Part shown: positions 1-11,382 of the stretch, piece after piece
Layout of the letters: each line of letters opens with the position of its first letter
Position numbering within the stretch: the stretch's first letter is position 1
Source of the DNA: Daphnia carinata
Taxonomy: Eukaryota
DNA: 64,000 bases
Assembly: GCF_022539665.2 (NCBI RefSeq)
Contig: NC_081333.1
Coordinates: 9,176,001-9,240,000 of the forward strand
Direction: 5' to 3'
The notes under the pieces: generated by a model
Database searches by the model: none
Seen by the model: the letters and a program-made list of their open reading frames with translations, nothing else
What the model was told of the DNA's origin: nothing
Made by a program: the position numbers and the translations under genes

Positions 1-119
1 AAGGGAAAAGAATCTTTTAACTAAAGAAGAAGGAAAATGCTTTTCCACAGACAGCGGCGGCGGCGACATTAATTGCACCGTCACGAATTATTTTACTACT
101 TTACGATCGTTTTTTTTTT

Positions 120-124
<5 letters not shown>

Positions 125-158
<34 letters not shown>
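125..158. repeat. (CT)n microsatellite
   Basis: Uninterrupted CT dinucleotide run seen directly. Confidence 0.95.
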
Positions 159-160
<2 letters not shown>

Positions 161-918
161 GCTGGCATTATACGCATCTCTAGCTGTATTCTTTAAAAAA
201 AAAAAAAAAACATAATACTACAGGGTACGTATATTCTCGTCATCTAAATGAAAGGAATAAAAAATAAATAAATAAATAGCGCTATGCTATTTCAACCCTC
301 CGGACTTCTTCTTTTTTTTTTTTTTTTTTTTTATCAGTCCATGCTACACATATATACACACACGTATATATATGTATATATCAAGAAAGGTAAAGGCTAT
401 TTTACGCAATCCGTGGAATGATTTCGAAAAAAAAAAAATGTTATTTTTATCTCTTTTTCTTTTAAAAGATTTGGGACATACCAAAAATTTAACATTTTTT
501 ATTCTCTCCCTTATCTTTTGTTCTTTTTTCGGGATATCTTTCGTTTCTCGGAACTTTTTTTTTTCCTTTTCAAAAGATTAGAGCAGCACCAAAAAAAAAA
601 AAAAAAAGGGAAAACGTAAGATGCTCTTTGTTGTCATTTATTTTTCAAAGGCTTGGCGAATTTTGCTAACCGTTTCCATCAATCCATCAAAATGGATGTC
701 ATCTTACATTAATGGCCGAAGAGGGCGGGTTCGTACGGACTTACAAAAAAAAAAAAACCTTTTCACGACCATAAAGAGGTACTCCTTATTCTTATTGTTG
801 TTCTATAGATTCAAGTTCCCCTCCTCTTTTTTCTTTAAAATTGAAAAAAAAAAAAAATCCGTATTTCGTAAGACGTTGACATATTGCCTGTTGTGTCACG
901 AAATAAAGAAATTGAGAA

Positions 919-943
919 ACACACACACACACACACACACACA
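919..943. repeat. (AC)n microsatellite
   Basis: AC dinucleotide run seen directly. Confidence 0.95.
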
Positions 944-1251
944 AATAAAAATTGAAGAAGACGTTCCTTTTTTTTCTTCTTCTTCTCCGTGTGGAGATGA
1001 CAAGTCTCATTACACAAACCGGACCCTATACATCCTAAAAGGTAGCCAACGGTATAACGTTAGTTAGTCACCGTCCTAATACGATGAATAATCTGGCTGT
1101 TCCCATCTCCACTTCGTTCTCCCGTCTCTTTTCTGTTACTTGGATAACGACTGACGAATACTAAAGAGATTATTTCAAGAATTGTCAACAACCCTCCAGT
1201 CATGGCCTTGGTTGCTCCCAATAAGGACATTTTAGTTTATTGATTTTTCTA

Positions 1252-1284
<33 letters not shown>

Positions 1285-2125
1285 ATTTTATTCCCGATGC
1301 ACGAATCAATCAAGTTCAAGAATCGTGTCTGGGCGCCCCCCTTATACCGCCGTACAACCGAAAAAAATACAAAAAGAAAAACCCGTTTGCAGGTATTCTA
1401 AAATGATTAGAATATAAAAGGAGGGGGAGAGAAGAGATTAACAATCCCATGTTGGATTCTTAATTTCAAGTCTAGCAAAAATAAGAGGCGATTTCCTCCT
1501 TTGGATAATGATTGCAAACGTTTCTTTCCTTTAGATTTTAATGCCATTTGGGCAAAACAACAACAAAAAAAAAGAGTCCGGCGCAACAAAAATGGTCTTG
1601 GATGATTAAAAAAAAATTGTCGAATAAAAATTAAAAAAAAAAACACAAAAAAAAAAACGAAAAGACCTATGCCAACCCCAAAACAAAAATCGTTGGATCC
1701 AGTCATTTCAGAGAAGGAACGATAATTTTCTTAAAAGAAGAACTCCTCCCTTTTACCAATCGGTTCCGAAAAAAATAAGAAACCTCCCACGGCCCCATCT
1801 CAGGTGCGGTCGGGATTGACCCCGGTGAACCTCGCCGGATGGAACCTCATTAAACGCCATCTATTGGCAAAAAAAACATAGCTCCAAAATTGCCAACCAT
1901 CAAAGAAAAAAGTAGAAGGAAAAAAATAAATAAATAAACGCTCCGGGGGCAACTGACTTCGTCCTCGCTTGAACGCACAACTATATAACCCCGAGGCTGA
2001 ATTCGCCCTCGAGAATAAATCCCGAGATTACATAAAGAGACGAAAAAAAAAAAAGGTCTCCCCCCCCCCACTTTACGCACTACTACGTCCTCCTGGAACT
2101 GTCATCCTTGCGTAGCAATAACACT

Positions 2126-2165
<40 letters not shown>

Positions 2166-5100
2166 AAAGGACGACTAAACAGAGAGAAAAGATCAAAGAG
2201 AGATCGAGAAAAACAACATTCCCTGTCCGATTTTAATCGGCCTTAAAATAAAAAACAAAACAAAAAACGTTTAAACAAAACAAAAGGACTTTCTCTTAGA
2301 TAAACAAAAAAAGCGCCGTCGCCAGGTGTCTCTCTCTCCCATTCTTTCATTCCATTTTAATTTGAAAAATGATACCGAGCACTTTTCGTGTGTCCCCCTT
2401 CGAAATCCATGTGGGTACCTATACCTATTTTACCTGTGTTTGCGGTGATTAACTAGTCGTTAGACTACCTCATTACCGCTCTCTTCTTGGCTAGACACGA
2501 AACTCTTTTCCGAAAACAAAAAAAAACAAAAACAAAAAAAAAAAATCCCGCAAACTCTTTTCTTGACAAGTTCATCCCGACCCAAGGCTCATTATCGAAT
2601 CCGGTCCAGTGGCCATGGATTGATTTTTATTCAAAAAAAAAAAAAAAATTATGACCCAATGGTCGTGTGTCAACTTTGACTACACGATACCAATAGAGGA
2701 GAGGAAAAATTAGAACGTGATAGGACGGTCGTAGTGTCCTTCACATGATCATTTGAAAAATAACGAGAAAAAGAGGGGGGAAACACAACGACGCCCCAGG
2801 TGAAATGGAATAAATAAGGCGGCGTGTTACAAAAGCCTAGAGGTGGTCTAAGAAAAAAAAAATATTCTTTTTTTTTTCGGCAAATGATTGAATTATTCAC
2901 ACGGAGCCTTTAAATACCCTTAGGTTTGCCACACAGCACGCGCTTTCGTTCCGGTTCATTCATCATCATACACAAAGTTTTTTCTCTCTTGAATTATTGG
3001 CTTAAGTTAATGAACGAAAACTAGGCACTCGTCGTAAGTCGGAGAAAATAATGAGCCAGTCTCACTATTGAAACAAAAAAAAACAATTGAATACATTAAG
3101 CGATCTCGTCCCGATAAAATAATAAATAAATCAATTCAGGTAACCCCTCAAATAAAAAATCATAACGGCCGCCCTTGAATAATTCAGTAAAAAAAAAAAA
3201 AAAATCTCACGGACAAAAAGTAAGCCGAGATTTCATAAAGAAAAAGAGGCGAACACACACAAGAAAAATCGAACGTACTACAAGTTCACGATGTTATCAC
3301 GCGCCTCTGTTTCGGTGTTTGTGATCGTACCGAGAGAACTTTTGGCCTATTGAAAAAAAAAAAAACTACTTGATTTAAAAGCACTCGAAAAAAAGAACAA
3401 GAGAAAGGCGGAAGGACACGTTTTCTCCATTTAAGGTGCCCCCCGTTTTTTTTTTTTTCCCCTCTCTTTTGCTGGCGACCCATTATCGATTCTTCTTCTT
3501 TTTCCTGACTGGAAAACTAGAAGAGTCGGTGATAATTTTTCTATTCGATAAGCGTCTTATTGAAGTCCAAATACAGATTGAGGTTCAAGATGGAACAAGG
3601 AAAAAAAATAAAGGAATATAAAACAAAAAAATAAATAAAAATAAACAAAGTCGCTTGCGACTCTCGAAAGGTCATACCAAAAGAGAGCCTGTTATGCAAA
3701 TTGACGACCGGTGATGATCAAGCCAGTTAATTCTCCGGGAAAAACAAACACAGACACACAAAGAAAACTTGTGTGTTAAGACTATATAATATGTTGTTTA
3801 GATGTTGACCTCTTCAAAAAAAAAAAAAAAAAAAAAAAGAAAGAAGACATGTTTATAGACTTGTACGGAATCCGAATATTTTTTTTTTTTTTTTCGGTTA
3901 GGTCAACCGAACCGAAACAGGAAAAAAAAAATGCTCTCTTGATTTTTCCTGAAAAAAATGACGTATTTTCATGCAACTATTTTTTTTCCTTTTTAATCTT
4001 TGTAAGAGGAAGAGAAACAACAAAAACATCTGTCATTCAAAGTGAGTAGCTTCAAGCAATTTTCAAAAGAGAAAAACTTTAAAAAGACGAACAGATGATG
4101 CCGCAAAAATCAGCACAAAAATTCATCATAAACGAAAATAAATCGACCATTTCTGATAGGATTTTGAAAAGCGAACAAACTTCATCGTCAATGCAACAAC
4201 TTCGTGATCACGTCAAGCATATACTCAAAGGTACACTACAAGGAATGTTTACAGTAGCCCTCGCGCCCCCTCCAGCATTATTTTCAAACGTCTCTTACGG
4301 TACGCTTTACAAGCCGTAGAACCCACTTGTTGAGCTCATCATCAGGTAGATTTTCTTCTTCTTCCCTCTGTCGAAAAAAAAAAGTTCTCTGTGGGCAGAC
4401 ACCCATTAAATTGTTTAGTCCCGCTCTATCGCCCATCTGTCGTCTCTCGATTCCACGTCATCTTTTTTTTATTTTTTATCTTCTTCTACTTTAGGTACGT
4501 TGGCGAACGAGTTTCTGTGGACAAGTTAAAAAAGGTGTGCCACCCTGCCGACAGGTGCTAGTTGTTCGAAACCTTAAAGACGACCTTGCCAGCAACAAGT
4601 TTCAATCCGTTTCATTTTTTTTTTTTCGTGTTGCAGATTTATTTTAAAAAAAAGGGGGAGAAAGAAATAGAATAGAGGGGATGAAAAAACGCTGGCTCAA
4701 CGCTTCGGACTTGGGTACATGACGGCTCGTTCATCACTAACCAACAAAAAGCCAATGCTCCGCCGACTAATTCCATTCGAGAGGCTATTGAATAATTCAA
4801 GCAACGGTAGTAGTAGATTTCTTAGACATTTTCCTTTCTTCTCTCAGCGTCGAGCGTGCAAACAACAAAGAATAAGAAAAGAAGATATTACAATATATCG
4901 ACACGTGATGACGTCATTGTCGGGTACCGTGAGTTACACAAGTACCGCCCCCATGTCTTTTAAAAAAAAACAAAAAACATGATGATGCGAAAGCTGAGCG
5001 GGACGTAGAAAAAGCATATGGCGCGTGAAAGTATTTCTTTGAAAGATAAAAAAATATTTCCATACTGCGAATAGCATGCGGTCTGGATAATATTACTTGC

Positions 5101-8100
5101 GCCAGTCGATAGTAAATTCAATTGAGAGTGTCAAAGCTGATAAAATCGCACAACTGTTTTTTTGTGGGCGGTCCACTGCAAATTTTAAACACGATGTTCA
5201 ACAGATTTTGGAATTAAATGTTCTGGACAAGTGTAGTAGATAACCTTGTTGATTTTAAACTCCCATGACCCCGTTGAGGTCGATTGACGACCCTAACGGA
5301 CGCAAGACATAAAAGTAAAACAAGGAAAAAATCATCAGTTGTTCAGAAAATGTCCAAATACAACTCGATTCCATCAATCGTACAAAACTAACAAGTTCAC
5401 GTTTTTATTTTTGCTTAATGAACAATCACCTTAAATCGAGATCTGGTTTTCACAGAATGTTTCCATGCTAATGAAAACGAGAAAAAAAGAAACAATTCAG
5501 GATTGAATCAGACAGATCTGCTGATGTTTGGAATTGCAATCAAGTTTGTCAATCATTGTCGATGTGTCCAGGTGGTCTAATCAATTTAATCTTTTCTTTT
5601 TGTTCGTGAAAGAAAGATTCGTTGGCAATGATGAATTGTGTACTACGCCATTGTTTTTGTGTTCCCGTTTCTTTTTAAAAATTCAAGTTTTCAGTAATAA
5701 TTAGAATAAACAAACGAATAGGTAACCGGTTGACAAACTTGATTTTAGAAAGATGAACTGATGAACTTTACTTTAAGGGATCTAAAGATTCGAATAAGAG
5801 ATGAACTTGAATTCAAAATAAAATGGAACCGTTGAATATTTATATGCAAAGAAGGCCCTTTGCATTCTTTTTTTTTCAAACCAACTAAATCCAGCCTTAC
5901 TCCTCCTCTTTGACACGGGGGCATTTGTATAAGTTGCATCATTTCACAAAACCGTAACTTTAACGCACTGTCAACTAAATAGAATCCAGTTTGGCTGGAT
6001 TTTAACGGGGCGCGACACACAGTGGCCGGATTCTTCGTCAACTAGAGTTGTTGACGAAGTTAAGAAGAGAACGCAAAGTCCCAAGCTATTGTAACCGGCC
6101 AGCCTTATAACGGGCTATAAAAAGAGCTTGGGCAAGTCGTTTTTTTTTTCTTAACTTCTTTTTATGATTCTAAAGCATTCAAAAAGGACTTCTACAAAAG
6201 GAGATAATGTTGCCTATCAAAATAATAAAATGGGGGGGGGGGGGAAATAGGGAGGAGGGTTGAGTTTGTTTTTTTTTCTCTTTATTTGTGTTAACTATTT
6301 TTGTGAAAAAAAAAGGGAATTCTCGAGAGTATTTGTTTAGTAGACGTATAAGTCATGCTGGATCACAAAAGAATCTTCCGCAGCCATTCTTTTATCAAAC
6401 GGAATTTTTGACCGAAATTTCCTTTAGCGGTTGAAAGCAAACAACTCGTGAACCCTTGAAGGGAAACAAACAGTAGCTCTTGTGAACGCCTTGGGGTTAC
6501 GTGATTCATCGACGTTACATTAGCAAAAGATAATTAAAGGTTTGGTTAATCCGATCACAAGTCTCAATCACACACACCCAAAGTGACCCCACAGAGCGCA
6601 ACGAAAAGATGAGGAAAAAATGAGTTTAAACACTTTCAGGGTGTCCTTTTCTTTAAACTGGAAATTGATTGGTGTTTTGAATAAGCCAATGAGAGACTCC
6701 AATAAGCAAACGATAACATCGGAAAAGAAAGTCATCCAATTGTAACCAAGGCCACACCTGACCGCCCCCCATTCCAATGATTACACACACACAACCTCGA
6801 TTGGTTAAAAAAAAAAAAAAAAAGCGCACACAAACAGCTTGTTATTTCAACATCATTAGCCATCCATACATGTAGAAAAGTCGACTTTGTAATAATACTA
6901 GTTGCAGTACGTTTCCAAAGAATTATTCCTGCGTGTGTGTGTGTCAATCATAGGTGTTACGCAAACAAGATGCAACGACTTGATCACTAGCATTTTTAAC
7001 TTGGAAAAAATTCAAAATGTTGTAGAAAACTAAAAGAAAATCGTCGTAGACGCACAGAGAAAATCTTTGGTTTCTGGCTCTGATGGTCGTTAACTATAAA
7101 AGACATCCTGTCGGTGGAGGGGGTTTGGGAAAAGTCTCGAAAATAGAACTTTTTTTTTTCTGAACACCCAGAGGCAAAAAAGAAAAGCGTAGCAGTTAGG
7201 GGGTAGTGAAAAGAATAAGATCATGAAGAAGAAAACCTTTAAAAACTGTGTTGTAATAATGAACTTCGTTTTCTTCCCACTCCTCCCGTTTGGTCAAAAA
7301 ATAAAATGGCGGCACACCTGGCATGACATTCAAAGCAGTTGAAACTGCCCATTATCGTTTTGTCCACGCGGTTTTGCGAAACTAACCCTCCCTCCAGAAA
7401 TGTTTCTCATTTTAGTCGAATGTCGATTTAGCTTACCCTTTCCCAAGAGTTCGAGAGAAGGATGGGTGCACAAAACAGGGAAATGCTCAGTAGCTTCGTA
7501 TGCTAATTATTCCGATTTTTCATTTTTAATTTGAAAAATTAATAGTTTAAGATTTTAGCCCTTTTTTCACAAAAAGCGGCAAGACGATAAAAACGTGGGT
7601 GACTGGTTTGGAGGAGCGGTCTCGTGGCCGTATGCAAATGATGATTTCTATCACTGAATAAGTAAGAACCAGCATCTAGTCTTATCACTTTTTCTCTTTC
7701 TCAAAGACAATGTCTATTAAAATGAACATGAAACTTTCCTGGCTATCTCATACTAGTCAAAAATCACGTAACACGAGTTTTAAAAGAATTTACAAAACTG
7801 ACCATTGTTGATGCTGGAGAAATGCTGGTGTTCATCGCGTGGTCGGTTTGCTTCACGTTGTCGAAGAAATCCACAGAAAGTTAGACGTCTCTGCCGACAC
7901 TATTTATACCGGAAACTCACACACAAGAAACTGTTGATATTTCAGACAGATGCCTGGAAAATCTGGAAATAAACACAAGCCGGAACTGTACCCTCTTCGA
8001 CCAAAAAAAAAAAAAAAAAAAAAAAAAGTTTCAATGCAGAGATTCAACGTAACACGTCCGAATGGAACGGCAACTGGGCGCCAACTGATGATGTTCAGGA

Positions 8101-8519
8101 CTTAGACGAGAGACAACAAGACTTTGCGCGCGCTCACAGCCCAATGTGGCACTAGCCATTGAGATTAACGGTTTTGATTCTTCGGCATACCAACAACTCG
8201 TTTTGCTAAAACTGAGACCGTCTTCGGCTTGGCTAACATTGGAATTCTTTCGTGCCAATTGTCCCTACAAAAGGGATTAATTATGCATATTTATTCTCTC
8301 GACAGAATGACTTTTTTTTCAAGTTGCCTGAGGCATAACAGTGCCATCTTTCGGTGACGAAGCCAATCTTTTGGGTCCGCCCAACGAAAAAAAGAAGGGA
8401 CTTTTCGGGATGGCAATGAGGGCAAATTGACTTGGTATTGTTTATTTTTATAATCAGTCATTAGTGAGTTCCGTTGTCTTTTTATTTGATTCGCATGTTG
8501 TTTTAAACTAGTCGTTTCA

Positions 8520-9570
8520 ATGAAAGATATAGTTCCTTGGCCATTCCCGAAGTCGCTGGTGAGTTAAAATGGGTTATCATTCGTCAAAAAAGTCCATTAG
8601 AAATGGAATAGCATGCCGATTGATTTCAGATAAAAATCGACAGTGGTTTTATCCCTTTTTCTGTTTTAGGATGGATTTTTATGGCGGCTGTCGAGTCGTT
8701 TCATCATCGCGACTGTGGGCTTTATTGGAAAATTTATACTCAGTAACAGCACCCCATGTAATATTCTGTAGTGGGTAGAGCATGTTATTTATTGGCCAAA
8801 ATTGGCATTTCTTTTTTTTCACTATGCAGATGTGATGAACTCCACGAGAGTGGTCAATAGACATGTATTAGTTGACGTGTTGGACAGCAGACCTTGCCAT
8901 GTTCCTGTGATCACTGTAGCAAATCATACATCATGTTTTGATGACCCTGGACTTTGGAGTATGACAACAAATTTACATGCTTGTATAGTTTTAAAATATC
9001 TATATATTTTTTTTTGCAGGTATTCTCCCTATCAGACATGTGTTTAACATTGATGTAATTCGGTGGTCTCTCACCGCTCATAATATCTGCTTTACTAACA
9101 ACATGCACTCTCAGTTTTTCGCAAGAGGGAAATGTGTCCCTGTTGTCAGAGGTGGTGGTGTTTATCAACGTGCCATGGATTATTGCATTCAAAAATTGAA
9201 TGAGGGGCAGTGGGTTCATGTCTTCCCTGAGGGAAGAGTAAACATGGATAATAGCTTCATTCGTTTCAAATGGGGCGTAGGCAGGCTCATTGCCGAGTCT
9301 AAAGTTATGCCCATAGTAATTCCATTCTGGCATTGCGGAATGGATCAAGTTTTACCTAACGAATATCCCTATCGTTTTCAATGGGGCAAACAGGTGTTGG
9401 TCAATTTTGGCCAACCCATCGATTTGAAAGCAGTTATGCAGCATGCCAAAGATGTAGATGCTGATGATGTGTTGACTCGCAAGATGATCACCGACAAGAT
9501 TCAGGAAGAAATGATGATTCTCAAGGACCAAACTGAGCGAATGTATTCGAAACTTAAAAAGACAAGCTGA
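8520..9570 (+). CDS. Taz: Tafazzin (cardiolipin transacylase); 4 coding exons ~8520-8558, 8670-8742, 8830-8958, 9020-9570
   Basis: GT-AG joins keep frame: MKDIVPWPFP...ITVANHTSCFDDPGLW (acyltransferase HxxxxD)...VPVVRGGGVYQ...WVHVFPEGRVN...FKWGVGRLI. These are the characteristic tafazzin motifs. Confidence 0.95.
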
Positions 9571-11382
9571 GTTTAGTATGAAAAGTGTACAATATACAAA
9601 TACAGAGCTTAAGCACTGAATGGTTAATAGTACAACAAAGAAATGATTGCTGTCTATACTACACAGTCACAAGTCAAATACATTTGTATTTGTTATTAAA
9701 TGTTTATCGACTGTATTTGTACATGTTGACGCTCCCATTATAGCCAATGTACCGTTTCGGAGAGACATCTGCCATGCACTGTCGTCTTTTCCTTTAAGTG
9801 ATTCACGCAGCCCCGGTTTCAAGTTTTGCCGTCGCACACAGCTCTTCCCCCCTGCATAGACATTTGCATTGTTCTTTTCGGAATCAAGGTTTCTCTTCGT
9901 ACGCCACCACCGCGTTACGGTACATAAAGGAAAAGACCAACACGGATCTGCACCATTAAGAGGCTATTGTTTGTTGGCCCGCCGAACGCTTTTATTCCCG
10001 CAGATAATCACACATGAGCCACCCGCGGGCCGACTCGTCTCGCCGAATCAAAAGACGTAAAACGTGTTAAAAAAGCAAACGAAACTCTTCCACTTCAAAA
10101 AAACCTTTTTACGCGGCTAATGCGAAGGAAAATCATACCGGTGTGCCTCGCCACAACAAGAATGGTCATTGTTGACAAAGCACCAGTACTACCATCAGGA
10201 GGGCATTACACACAGCCACCGACTGTTGCGGCTACTTAAAAGAAGTCTACCGTCACTACCCAGGTAACTGACAAAATAACCGAACGAAAAGTGGCACAAT
10301 CGTGCCGCATTCTTTCCCACAAGATTCTAAATTTTATTCTTTTCAGAGCTACTAGCAGGAACGCTAGCTTCTTTGTACCGGGTGCACTCTTTCTACGTCT
10401 CGGTCCTAATCAGGAGTGCATAAGCTACATAATAAACCACGTTGATGAGTAGAGATTAGACTACGAACCCATGCAGCTCTCGTTAAAAATTTTTGAACAC
10501 AATCGTACAAACTGTAAGTCATCATCTAGTTGGTTGGGCATTGGGCCCATTCTAGAAGAGTGCTTAACCACATAACGAATGTCCCAAATTCTTACACATT
10601 GGATTCAAGACGAAGCCATCAAAAATTTTTGTCAAAAAAATGAATTTTCATCGATCTTTTACCTCACAGAAAACTACACATCAATGGGAAGTAAAACATC
10701 GCAAAACATTATCTTTTATGATAGCAGACGGGCTAGCAATAATCACAACAATGGGAGACCATAACAATTTTCGAGGTGAACGTTACCGGTAAGACTACCC
10801 GTCGAGACTGCGTTTCCTGATGGCCACATACACCGAACGATGACACCAACATGGAGTCCGATTGCTTCCAACCGACCATTTTATAACATTGCTTCATAAC
10901 AATAATAACCTTGAACAATCTCTAAGGGTAGATAGAGATAGCGTGTCACAAACCTATGTTAACGAAGGACTGAGCTTTTCAAAGAATATGCCGTAGCATA
11001 TATTCTTTTTTTTAGTCAACCATCTCCGTCATCATACGATTCGTTCCAGATAACTATCGTACTACGAAATACCTGTGTAACAACCATTCTATGCTGTCCA
11101 TCTTCCGTGGAAAACCGGATTGCCTCACATCGCTCTAAACATTAATATTGGCTGCCTATTATCATGACATCGTTGTCAAAGTAGTATTCCATACATTTTC
11201 CACGAACTCTGGGCGTTGACAACCCAAATAAAGCGACCTGCAGGAAAACAGAAAAATTCAAGATAAAGTAGATGGAAAAAATATGAACTGTCCGTGGAAT
11301 TCGGGTCGTGTAATCGATGGAAAAAGGATACAACATAACGCCGCTTTTCCGGACATCGAAAACACCACAACCAACGAATCGT

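Noticed and set aside
1..8300. Many short ORFs in the first 8 kb
   Set aside because: Driven by homopolymers and microsatellites (poly-F, poly-K, HT repeats), with no recognisable domain or consistent exon chain. Probably regulatory or intronic DNA of a gene outside the window.
10850..10900. SECIS-like ATGA-N11-AAA...GA pattern on the minus strand
   Set aside because: Helix II does not pair, and no in-frame UGA selenoprotein candidate lies upstream.
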